Positions 24,301 to 35,292 are shown, numbered from the stretch's first letter. The stretch is 64,000 nt of DNA from Polymyxa betae A26-41 (GCA_003693705.1 RBZT01000127.1:29103-93102); one strand, 5' to 3'. The notes: a model not told the origin generated them from the letters alone. A program made the numbers and translations.

Positions 24301-24749
24301 GATAATAAACTGATGTCGATCACGATCGGTTCTGATTCACGACAGAGAATGGATTCTGAAGCTGAAAGGCGTTAGCGACACGAAGTCCATGACCAGATAG
24401 ATCTCCGATCACATTATTACGCACTCCGCCACGGACTTGCCTAAAAAAACTTCCGCGTTTTTTTTTTGTTCCAGTCTCAATAGTTTTAATAGATAAAGTA
24501 TAAACCCTACCGGTAGCTTCCTCAAATTCCTTGAAACTTTTTTGATATTTCACCCCATTGATAGATTTTCTTACGACATGATCACATAAGAATTGCGATA
24601 TTTTTTCACACCCACTGGCAGACATTCAACAATTCCATTGGGGGTCGTGATGCAAATTGGTGATGTCATTTGAATGATTTGATTATTGAAACTCACATTG
24701 GTTTATTCAAATCGACGAAATGGAGTTGTATGATATGATACAATCTAAT

Positions 24750-25180
24750 AGATCCGTTTTCTCCAATATAAAATCCATCCACTACATCCACTACATCCTT
24801 TGATATCGATATTTTTCGAACAGTCTCCACATAAATATTTATGGCAGCCTACACAGTGGGCTGTATCACTATATTTATATTCTTATAACAAATCTCACAT
24901 TCAGCATCATCTAATAATCGTGGCTTCAAATCAATGTTATAAAGATCTCTTTCAGACTCTCCAGAAAAGCATAGATTGTTATGGATTATCATAAAATCGT
25001 CTTTTTGTGATAATCCACTTAATCTAATAATTTTTTCGTCATGGCTAATGAATAGTACTAATTTCGGATACATTTTTGGGATAAATTCTAGATTATTTGG
25101 CTTTTTCTTTCGAAATTTTTACCGTCAATTACTTTGACGTTATAGCCGAGCCCAGATAGAATGCTGTAATTGTATTCCAT
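24750..25180 (-). pseudogene. Frameshifted RING-finger-like ORF
   Basis: MEYNYSIL... (frameshift) ...ECEICYKNIN (frameshift) SDTAHCVGCHKYLCGDCSKNIDIKGCSGC. Confidence 0.55.
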
Positions 25181-25300
25181 TTTACTTTATTTAAGCATTT
25201 TGCTTTGAAGTTGTTTTGGGAGTTGGTCTGGGGATTGTAGTGGCCGGCCAAATGAACTTCAGGAATGCATATGCGGACTCCGAATTGCAATTCAATTCAA

Positions 25301-25346
25301 TTCTGTGGGCTCTGTCTGACCCCTTCTGTGGGCTCTGTCTGACCCC
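25301..25346. repeat. Perfect 23-bp tandem duplication
   Basis: TTCTGTGGGCTCTGTCTGACCCC x2. Confidence 0.95.
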
Positions 25347-25450
25347 TGTGCTCGTTGTTGTGAAGATTTCACTCACATTAAAACCGAACCTGGCATGACC
25401 TTGCTATCGTCATCCTAGTCCGCGTCAGCGTTCACCGGCCCTCTGTTGTT

Positions 25451-26506
25451 ATGGGTTTCTCCGCGGAAATTGCCAATGGGAACGAATGGTCAAGCAAAGA
25501 AATCCATACTTCCTTTCAATATGCAGAATACCTGCAGCGTCAAATTCATCACAACTTTGGTGGATCTTCACTAGTTCATGTTGGGTTCTTGTATCTATCA
25601 GTTGGACATGATTTTGGAAAATCAACAATTCGGTATATTATACTTGTTCCATTCTATGATCCATCTGAGGACTGCTACTACTTTAAAGTTAACAGCCCGT
25701 TCGTGTATATGCGTGGCTTTGCTGCAGTTGCAAGTTATGAATTCTTTAATCATTTGAAAGACAGTTGGGAACAGTATGCAAAAGAGCTGCCTCAAGGTGC
25801 AGGCCAAGATTCCCTGCTGAAATGCGCCCCTGTTCACATATACAAATTTGAAGGTAATGATGCGAAGAAGCTGGAATATTGCCCAAGTACAAAATCTCCT
25901 AACGATTTCCTGAGTATCTATGATAGTTTCCTTGAGTTCGGGATTCATGGTCCCAGGAATGTTCAAGATGCTATCAGATCTCTTCCTGATTCATTCGACT
26001 ACAGGGAATTTCAATGTCTTGTGGAAAATGCTGTGTACGAGGCCGATGACGCTCTTACAAAACTGAAGGAATGTGTTGAGAGCTATCGCCAGACCTGTCG
26101 AAGTTTCTCATTTCCAACCTTCCAGCTTGAGATTAAGAATCCGATGGATGGTCATTTGCCCTTTCCTGTTAAGAATTTAAGGGTGATCGTCGATGAAACT
26201 GGAAATAGAGTTGGCCCCAGCTCGAATAGCTGCAACGAAGTGTACATCAAGGCTGCTGCAGCAGAGCCTCCCACCTTAATTCACTTGGATTGTATTTGGT
26301 CGCTTTTGTTGAAAAACCTGCCCGATAATTTAAAAACAGACCTCAAAAACAAGAAAGTATTCGAACAGATTATTAAAGCTTACAACGATTTGAAAGTTAA
26401 GTATACATCATGCAAAGCTATATTATCAATATACAAAAGTTTAATGGGTAAAAGGATCATACGATTAGAATGCATCCGAATCGCCAGAGGACATACCAAT
26501 CAATAA
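25451..26506 (+). CDS. Intronless 351-aa orphan ORF inside the viral-like island
   Basis: Long uninterrupted ORF with ATG; no recognised domain. Confidence 0.6.
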   Translation: MGFSAEIANGNEWSSKEIHTSFQYAEYLQRQIHHNFGGSSLVHVGFLYLSVGHDFGKSTIRYIILVPFYDPSEDCYYFKVNSPFVYMRGFAAVASYEFFNHLKDSWEQYAKELPQGAGQDSLLKCAPVHIYKFEGNDAKKLEYCPSTKSPNDFLSIYDSFLEFGIHGPRNVQDAIRSLPDSFDYREFQCLVENAVYEADDALTKLKECVESYRQTCRSFSFPTFQLEIKNPMDGHLPFPVKNLRVIVDETGNRVGPSSNSCNEVYIKAAAAEPPTLIHLDCIWSLLLKNLPDNLKTDLKNKKVFEQIIKAYNDLKVKYTSCKAILSIYKSLMGKRIIRLECIRIARGHTNQ

Positions 26507-26984
26507 ATAAAGCCGAAATAATGTCTCAGTGAATGCAATTTTAGTTATTAGACTAATATAGATATTTACTCATTTCTACAATCTCAGAATTCGATGGCTC
26601 TACTCCATCCATTTCAAGTGAAAAGGTCAGAGGTTTTAAAACGTAAAAGGAGTATCAACGAAAGTATCAAGCAAACCGTCGTCAAGAACTTAAACATCTT
26701 CGTATTGATTTTGATGAAGCTCATGATGTCATAGCTGAACTATTGGTTGAAAATGAATCTGAAAAGGAAATTATTGCATTGCAACATCAATATCACGAAG
26801 ACGATGATGATGACCAACCAGTTCACCCAGAGACGCAGAACGACTGTCATTTGAATTCAAACAATACCATAGATTTTAGTATTACTATCGATAACGAAAC
26901 AGTTAAAACAAACAAGAAGCGTCGTCATAATGAGCTCGAACAGCTGCTTAATGACATAAATTGACACAATTACTCATTTACTAA

Positions 26985-27740
26985 TCATATCTTTAATGAC
27001 TCCAAATATTCAATATCCTCTTCAATATGTATCACATCGCTGACTAATCTTTTCTCCATGAACTGTTTTCCTTACTCTGAATTTACCTCTCTCGTAAGTA
27101 ATATCCTTTGGAAGCGACATCCTAACGATTTGCTCTTTGAACTCCTCTGTCGCTGGCACTTCGAGGTCGTTCATCTTGTGGTTAAAGTGCTTGTTGAACA
27201 GCTCTTCGTCTCGTTCTATAGCATCGTGAATCTTTAGTCGTTCATAGCGATTGGCATTCCGTCGAAGACACACCAGCATACAACACATTCAATCTGGATT
27301 ATCAATGTCCTTCCACCCCTAAGACGTGTTGTTTGATTCTTTCAACGTCATTCGTCTGACCATGATACTTTCTATTGACTGTATAAATGCATTTCATCTC
27401 CTTATTTTTGATCCTAAGGACTTGGGGTTCTTACTTCGCTGAATATACGCTTGGAAAAGTAACACCTTTGAATTCCTCATAATCAACATGGATGTATTCA
27501 AATTTCGTAGCACGACTCAGCATTGTATAGACATCTCGATTGTTGATAACACGTCCTCCAATTAAATGACAATTCAAGAAGCAGTTGTAATGGTTAGCAG
27601 CTGTTCGTCCTTGATATTTATACATGGTGATGCCGTTGGCCAACTCCAAATGATTCCTGAATGCGAACCACCCATCGATCTCATTCCCCTTATATGATAA
27701 TCTAATCTGACCGCCTGCCAATAACGAGGCAAGCGAATCT
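26985..27740 (-). pseudogene. Remnant fusion: SF1 (Pif1/RecD-like) helicase C-terminus + GIY-YIG nuclease + AP2-like DNA-binding motif
   Basis: GITMYKYQGRT and VYTMLSRAT (SF1 motifs V and VI); stop; CIYTVNRKYHGQTNDVERIKQH..E..I..LFNK; ITYERGKFRVRKTVHGEKISQRCDTY (frameshift) EEDIEYL. Confidence 0.65.
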
Positions 27741-28002
27741 ACAGCAGAATAAAGGATCTCCTCTCATATAACAGAACTCGTGTATTAATCATAACTTGAG
27801 AACTTATTCAATGTGAGATACACAATGTTATTCTGTAGTATCGCTTAACACCCAATATTGAATATTCATTGGCAAGCAGAACGAAATTCATATGACTTCC
27901 GATACGATCCTCCGATATAATCATCAATTCATGGGTCAAACCACATCATAATTAAATCGTATGATCTTTTGAATCAGGTCTTGTTGTATCATTGATATAA
28001 TC

Positions 28003-28359
28003 ATGTCAAAAGAACAAGCATGTATGGCTGCTAATATGTGTGTATTCTTCACATTATTGGTACTAATATTAGCTGTCTATATTCCAAATACATTACGAAC
28101 TGAACAAGGAATTCAACAAGCTGCCAAAGCAGCATTAGAAAACATTCATCAAGAATCGGTAATACTATCCAGTTCACAACATCTATTATCACAAGTTCGA
28201 TATGATATTCTGAAATGGAAATTTCAAGATTTTCAAACTCGATTCTCGACATCTAACGTTTTAAAGAAGCCTGAATTGCAGCAATCAATTGAAGATCAGA
28301 AGACACTTTTGTCTCAACTTGAAGCTCGTCTTTCAAACAATAAAGAAGCCCATAGTTAG
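28003..28359 (+). CDS. Small protein with N-terminal TM/signal anchor and coiled coil, unknown function
   Basis: VFFTLLVLILAVYI followed by a heptad-rich segment. Confidence 0.55.
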   Translation: MSKEQACMAANMCVFFTLLVLILAVYIPNTLRTEQGIQQAAKAALENIHQESVILSSSQHLLSQVRYDILKWKFQDFQTRFSTSNVLKKPELQQSIEDQKTLLSQLEARLSNNKEAHS

Positions 28360-28525
28360 ATGATTGTACATACAGGATATATACCTGTAGCAGAGTCAAA
28401 GATTTTTGAAAAATTCTAATATATCTGATATTGATGAATGGCTAATAGAAATGAATATTTGATGAATGGTTAATAGAAAAGTAAACATAACGGTCGTCTA
28501 ATAAATGATTGTGGTTATATTGATT

Positions 28526-28948
28526 TCAATCAGTTTTGGAGATCTGCATGGCATCACCAGCACCAGGAGCCTTCTTAACGACTTTACTGGCCTTAAGAGA
28601 CTTGTTCAATTTGTTATAACGAGCAACAGCATAGTTAGCTAGATCAACCCGATAGTAAGATCCAGCCAGCTCCTTACGAACAGCACAGGCAGACTTCTCC
28701 TTCTTCAGAATCATAGCGGCCTTCAGCTTTGATGGGAATCGCGCCGATTTCGTGCGCTTCTTGTTCATGACGACGTTGCCATCGACGACAGAAACATCCA
28801 GAGCCTTCTTGTTGCAGAGACCAGAGAATTTACGAGAATTAACATTGAGAACATTGTAGGGTTCATTGGTTAATGTGATGCCATTGTTCTTGTACAAGAA
28901 CGAAGACGAGTTCTTAACAATGTTCCAGACTACCTCCGAGTTCGACAT
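28526..28948 (-). CDS. RPL28: 60S ribosomal protein L28 (eL28)
   Basis: VVWNIVKNSSSFLYK, EPYNVLNVNSRKFSGL, YYRVDL. Confidence 0.96.
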   Translation of the reverse strand: MSNSEVVWNIVKNSSSFLYKNNGITLTNEPYNVLNVNSRKFSGLCNKKALDVSVVDGNVVMNKKRTKSARFPSKLKAAMILKKEKSACAVRKELAGSYYRVDLANYAVARYNKLNKSLKASKVVKKAPGAGDAMQISKTD

Positions 28949-29009
28949 GATATCAGGAAAGATGTGATAAACCTCAACGATAGAGATAGAGAGGACAGAA
29001 TCTAATCAA

Positions 29010-29024
29010 AGTCCGTGACGGACT
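29010..29024. promoter_or_regulatory. Palindromic element AGTCCGT-G-ACGGACT upstream of RPL28
   Basis: Seen directly; same-architecture copies upstream of SNU13 and WDR74. Confidence 0.5.
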
Positions 29025-29278
29025 CCGATATATTATTCATCTAACTATATGATCACCTCTAATATATTTCATCAATACAATCCAATTTATACACGATTAT
29101 TCTGTTCCTTATTCCCATCAGCACAGCTATACGAGATATTTGTCAATTCCACCTAAAACCTGCTATTCTAAACTTAATTCATGCAGATTGTAGCTTTTAT
29201 AAACAGTCTTGTATGTTATTTAGGTGGAAATGTCCCATACAGACTGATATTAACTTTCATTTTATATCAGAATATTTA

Positions 29279-30166
29279 TTAAGCCTTCTTCTTAGTTTTC
29301 ATTTTCAGTACTCGTTTTTGCTGCTGGCTCAGTGCGATTCGCTTCTCCCATTTAACACTGAACTTTCTATAAAGGGCTAGAGCAGCTCGAGCATCTTCAA
29401 CAGAATTATGTGCTCCTTCCTGGATCTCCAAATCCAGATGTTCTTTCGACAAATGTTTTAGCGACTTTAACCCGACCTGGCTTACTATCCTAATATTATG
29501 TTGAATTTCAGCAATAGTAATAATATATCAGCAATATAATATACCTGCTGGTCGTATCTCGAATCAGATGATTTGGATGAGAAAGCATTAATGCTTTAAG
29601 ATCCGAACGAATTGCATGACCAACTAGAATACGTCCATTAATAATATCAGCAACTTTCTGTTGTACATCTTTAAAGCATGGTGCTTGAAGTAAATCACCA
29701 CGACCAATACCGCTGAATTTAGTTCGATGATCTGTAATAGCTTCCATTGGTTTAACTAATGTATCTAATAAAAGCTCTCCATGAAAGTTTACAATTGATA
29801 CCCTTGCCAAGGCATCACGTCTTGTTGATGGTCCAACTCCAACCATTTCACAATCGATAGCGAGAACTGACGTTAGACTCGCCTTTCTATTCAACAGATT
29901 AATTGCTGAAATGAGAAAATGTGTGAAAGTTACGGTTGAAGGTTAGGCTCAAGGGTATCGAGGCCTTTCTCGTTGCGTATAAGTTCACAGATGACATCTG
30001 AGCTGGTGTTAGATTTAATGTTAGAAATAGGTTTCTGGGAAATGCTGCATGATGGAGATACTGGCTTCGATTTAGTTGATTTAGCATAACTGGAGGGAAC
30101 CTTCGGCTTTCTGGATTTCTTCAAACTTTTCTGGATTTTCGCCCAGTTTGAATCTAGCTTGGTCAT
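29279..30166 (-). CDS. REXO4: RNA exonuclease 4 (DEDDh)
   Basis: SNWAKI N-terminus, AIDCEMVGVG, LARVSIVN, ILVGHAI..DL, last exon IQEGAHNSVEDARAAL. Confidence 0.95.
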
Positions 30167-30451
30167 AACTCAAGTAGCAATGATTAAAGAAATCTCAGAA
30201 ATTTCCAAATTGAAACAGATTCACGAGTTGAAATGACATCGCTGTCATCAAGTCCGCAGTTCCGCACTTTTTCCCAGAAATTTTCCAATATTTGCGCACA
30301 TATGAATGATACTGTCCTACTGTGTGATAAAAGAGAATTGCGCGCCCTTTTATCCCGATATGACCTTTGTATACTAATTTTTACATCTCATCATTAACAT
30401 ATCCTCGAGGTCTTATTAGGGCACATCGTGTCCATCATAATTCCTTAGTCT

Positions 30452-32014
30452 ATGCCCAGAGCGTCACCACCCGATAATGCTGGGGCATTTGTCAGCCGTC
30501 GTGACCGTCCCGAACACCAACAGCGTCGTGCTGGTACCGGGCGCCAGATTACCAGCCGGGATTTCGGCGTGCTCGGGCGTCACACCGGTGTTCGTTTGCA
30601 GCAGACGACGAAGGATTTGGAGGGCTTCGACGACTTAGATCAGGCATGGAATTCTGATAACGATGTTGATCAAGAGAATGCTGGCGCCGTCCAGAATCGC
30701 TCTTCGTTATTTCCTGAATCCCCTTTGTCCATGTCTACAGCCCCGAACGAGCCTGAACCCGCAATTGCTGCAAAGAAGCTGGAATTTGATGGTGACCAGA
30801 ATGAAGACCAGACTGCAGATCTTCCTGATTCACAGCCAGCCAGTGAAAGCGAACCTGAATCTGAACCTGAAGCACCAGAACCAGTTAAAACCAAACCTGT
30901 AGCTTCTCGCACCAAGCAGAATGCCAACAAATCGTCTGAGACTGTGAAGAAAGCATCCAAAAAAGGGAAGAGTAAATCTTCGCCATCCGAAGTTGCTAAG
31001 AAGCCTTCGAAAAAGAATTCGGCGAACGAAGGAGCGAAGAAGAGGAAAGAAAGGGCCTCGAATAAATCTCGTAGTAGTCCTTTGGACAAGAGATTGAGTC
31101 CTGCTAATATCAGTATAGAGAATGATGAAAATGAAGAACCAGTTCAAGACACAGTTGAAGATTCAGGCAGCTTTACTGAAGACGAGACTGTCAAGGATTC
31201 TCCTGTTGCTGAAATTCCAAAACAATCAAAGAAGGTTCAATCTAAACAGCCTAAAACCAAGAAAGCGGCTTCAACTAAAACGAAGCGCCGACAGACGTTG
31301 GTTATTATTGATGAGGCTCAACAATCTGGCCTTTTGGATGAAGAGACCATGGTTATCGAGAACGATAAACTCGTCAGACGCAGTCAAAGAGCTCGTTGTA
31401 AACCTGTCGCTTTCTTTCAATGCGAACAGCCGAATTATATTCGGGGTCCCGGCGGTCTGTTTACACTTGATCGTGAGAAAGTCGTCATCAAGCACGTTTC
31501 GACACCACCAGCTCCACCGGCTCGTCGTATTCGTCAGAAGCGGCGTCGACCTAAATCCTGGGATGAGAGCTCTGATGAAGAAGAAGAGCTGTTGCCATTG
31601 TTTGGTGAAACCAAAGTGATTGGTCCGAATGGTAAAGAGCGACGTCAGATTGTTGCTGTTCGTGCTTCGGATCATGCAATGAGTAAAATCACGACCAAAC
31701 CGCCAGCTGGAGAAAAGGCGCAGAGTAAGGATTTGATACCGACCGTTTGTAAATTTGAGGGACTTGATCGGGTTTCTACTGGAATTATACGAATTCCTGC
31801 ATCAGGACAGAAATATGCAGAGACGTCATCCAGGACAGAGGTTTTCTTTGTGGCTTCCTGCGAACGAAATTCATTGCTCGTAAAGATTAATAATAACGAA
31901 TTCAAGCTGAGCAAAGGTGATACATTTATGGTTCCAGAAAAGAACTCGTACACGATAAAGAATGTGTCTGGACGTAAACAGGCCGACTTATTCTTTTCTG
32001 CCAACAGAGATTAA
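30452..32014 (+). CDS. CENPC: Centromere protein C (CENP-C/Mif2), intronless
   Basis: N-terminal GRHTG, CENP-C motif RRSQRARCKPVAFFQCEQPNY, C-terminal cupin (LSKGDTFMVPEKNSYTIKN...LFF). Confidence 0.85.
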   Translation: MPRASPPDNAGAFVSRRDRPEHQQRRAGTGRQITSRDFGVLGRHTGVRLQQTTKDLEGFDDLDQAWNSDNDVDQENAGAVQNRSSLFPESPLSMSTAPNEPEPAIAAKKLEFDGDQNEDQTADLPDSQPASESEPESEPEAPEPVKTKPVASRTKQNANKSSETVKKASKKGKSKSSPSEVAKKPSKKNSANEGAKKRKERASNKSRSSPLDKRLSPANISIENDENEEPVQDTVEDSGSFTEDETVKDSPVAEIPKQSKKVQSKQPKTKKAASTKTKRRQTLVIIDEAQQSGLLDEETMVIENDKLVRRSQRARCKPVAFFQCEQPNYIRGPGGLFTLDREKVVIKHVSTPPAPPARRIRQKRRRPKSWDESSDEEEELLPLFGETKVIGPNGKERRQIVAVRASDHAMSKITTKPPAGEKAQSKDLIPTVCKFEGLDRVSTGIIRIPASGQKYAETSSRTEVFFVASCERNSLLVKINNNEFKLSKGDTFMVPEKNSYTIKNVSGRKQADLFFSANRD

Positions 32015-32111
32015 TTCAATATTTAATCGAGACTGGCGAGCCGTTGGCCGTTTTTGAATGAAATAAAGTTGGATTAGGTTCGCTTCGGGCGTACCATTGA
32101 TTGTGATAAAG

Positions 32112-35100
32112 ATGATGTCATCGAATAATGCAACATCAAGCAGCAGCTATCCTGTTCAAATGTCAATGACATTGAGACGTCTAACACCATCAACATCTAG
32201 TATTGATCAACGTGCTCGTTATCGATTCTGGAATGAAGGTTTCTGGATGGAGGTTGGGTGTTATCAACCTCAATCTTCTCATTCAATTCATTGTCTCTTA
32301 ATTAGACAACACCATGCTCACAATGGTCAAACGATTCTTGGACCGTTGTTCAAATTAATTCTGATATAGACAATGTACAATTAGCCTATGGCAGCGTCGT
32401 ACTGATCCTTGACTAAATATGAGCGGATTTAGGCGCTGCTGAATAAGATGGCAGGAAATTGTTATGTTGATATTGAGATTGAATCAGGGTCTCGTCCATC
32501 GTCAAGTAATGGTTCACCACCATCTTCATCATCTAAATCATCATCTGCTATTACACCATCACCTTTAATATTCAAGAAGACTGGGACAGGAGCTCGTCTT
32601 AATCTCTCCTGCATCATGTTCGGTGATCTCCAGGTCCAGACATCTGTCGATGCCGCTTTCACCTGCAGCGTCGTACTGGACCGGGCGTTGCTATCGCCCG
32701 AGATGTTACGATCTCTGCGTCCAGTTGAGCTAAGATTTAAACCAATACGAGATCTGCCTGCCATGTTCGATCGTGAATCAACGTATGTTAAAAGAGAGGT
32801 TATAAAGGAGATGATGGATATAATCTGAGAGGTTTCTTTAGTATACTGTCAATGGAATGGGTCGGGGAGTCCAATACCAAATCTGCAATACGAATGGAAT
32901 GCAATTCGTGTGTGCGATTTGTTGATGATAAACTGTTGGAATGGGTTGAAGAGAACCGTCTTAATGTCCATCTTACACAGATTAATGGCGATCAATGTGA
33001 TCTTGCAGGTTTAGCATCATTTGATCTATCAGTTCTAACATCTGGTTCTATCAATATAAATCTCACTGAACCCATTGTTCCTGTAAGTCAACAGATTCTG
33101 TTAGATCGCGTTTCTGTTAAAATCCTACAAGAATTATGGCATTGCGAAATTATCAACGGAGCTGCCTTCCAATGCTGCTCAGGTGCTCAATAGACATCGA
33201 TCATCTAATGCAACCAGGCTTGCAATTTTTTCAACCTTCAATCTCTATCTGAATTATATCTTGAATTTAGGAGAAATGTTTTTACAGATTCCGACTGTTA
33301 TTTGACTTTGCAATTGAGACTGGCCGAACCCATTAGTATTCTATACTCATCTATATCTTCAGCTGAAAAATGATTTCGGTTTAGGACCACCAACAAAATT
33401 GCACGACTATACTCGAGCTGTATTCATTATCAACCAATATGGCGATCTAGAACGAATTCGACCCATCCTGAATGCAATCAATGATGTGAACAAAGCGGTT
33501 TTGGGCCCAGATTATCACCTGTTGCAATCCATTTCCGATGAACAAAAGCCTTGTGATTATATAACCGGGTTCCAGGTCCTAAATCAATCTGATTATGATC
33601 TAGTTGCTCATAATAACATGTCTCAACAGATTGTGGATAAAAAGATTCGCATTCTGGTTATCGAAGGTCGACGTTGTGGGCAATCTTTCATGAACGTTCT
33701 GCATGCATTCGACAAGAGCAATGTCGATAGAACCTCAACCGTCATCTACAATGAAACTGTCACATTTCCTCAAAGGTTCCATCGCTTTTATCTCAATTCT
33801 GGACGTTTTTTATGATTGGATTTCCGCTGACACTTGGCTAATCTGGCTATTAAACATCCTGACTTCCAAACAATTAAGAGTTACTTCAGGTTGTATTCTT
33901 TGTACGTGCGTTTGAAGACGATCTCGTTGAAGACTCCGATCTCGGCAATCATGAAATCGATTCCGTTATATATTAGACATGGGCAGCAGATGTCTCCTGT
34001 TTTCATAGCTGTCAACAAAATAGGACAGGTTGTCGGATTCGTACAATTTCGATACAGTCCTGATTGAATTTCATTTTCAGCTCGAACAATCTCGGCGTAT
34101 GTATCAAGCGAAAACGCAAGGCATATTCCCGACTATGGTAGATCTGATTGCAATTGAAAAGAATATGGGCACATTTGTTAGTGATGAAGATATTGGCCTG
34201 GAATCGGGAAATATTCCAACAAATGTGCCGGAATGGAAGCCGTTGCTATCATTGACGTCGCAAGGTCAGGATCAGATCCAGAAATGCATCGATTTGGCAC
34301 GTAATCAGTTAATTTCCAAACCCGTCTCGACAACCTCGGTATTGGTGATTAAAACAAATCGGATCTATGAAGTGCTGAGGTTGTTAAAGGAAAATGCAGC
34401 AGAAGATGATGAGAAACAGGAGGACCCCATGAAGTCAGTTTCCAGAAGGAAACAGTTGCAGCTTCAGCAACCGTTACCTCCTTGGAAGACCATTTACCAA
34501 TATAGCAGCCAATCAAGGAATTATACACATTGGTATTTGCAGCATTTAGCTAAGCAATATGAGATAAAGGATCGACATGTAGTTCTGGCTAAGTAAACGT
34601 TTCGTCATACCGATCATGGAGGAAAACCCATTTTTTTTGTAGGAATGCAGAAAACTTCACATTTTTAAGTGCATTACCAGACCCAACATCTCAAGAACGT
34701 GAGAGACAAGCTATCCTGGAAAGTCGTAAGAGGTTCATAACTGCAGAAGGATTCAATGGTAGACCGCTGTTTTGAGTCATATTTGAGCTTCGGATGAAAA
34801 CAGTTGAACAGTGTATCCATTTCGTCGAGGCGGACACCCAAAAGAACCCAGCGCTCTACGTATTGAGGGTCAGAATCACCAGTCTGAACGAAATAATGAC
34901 ATCTGAATATGTGCGACATTAGAGCTGAAGGAACCTTGGCTTGAGAAGAATTCTGTTATTCGTAGATCTAGAAAGCCAACCGTAGATTTTAACACAGTCC
35001 CAGCAAAATGCCGGGAGTTTGGATATCCAGGCAATAAGGTTATGAAATATACAACGAAAAGCCAAGCCTCCTGACAGCCTTACAGGAATGGCATAAGTCT

Positions 35101-35292
35101 GTACATAATTGCCCTTTGGATCCAGCCGTCAAGCGATCAAAAGGCGTCGGGCCGCAGCCAATGGAAATAGCGGCAAGGGGGAGCAGATCATGCAGAATCA
35201 CGAAACGGATCGATGATCTCATCAGAATGGAGCCAATACTGAAAGATAAGCCTATTAAACAAGGGCTACGTTTCGATAAAATTTATATCTGA
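32112..35292 (+). CDS. CFAP92/KIAA1257-like (DUF4550-type) cilia-associated protein, multi-exon
   Basis: YQYSSQSRNYT, SRKRFITAEGF, HPKEPSALRIEELKEPW, PILKDKPIKQGL motifs read across introns. Confidence 0.55.

Larger units (their letters stand above)
24468..27760. mobile_element. Decayed endogenous viral / Polinton-like element fragments
   Basis: Intronless frameshifted remnants of an SF1 helicase, GIY-YIG, two AP2-like motifs and a RING finger, between host genes. Confidence 0.6.

Noticed and set aside
28431-28479. 28-bp-period imperfect direct repeat between convergent genes
   Set aside because: Ordinary slippage duplication in 3' UTR sequence
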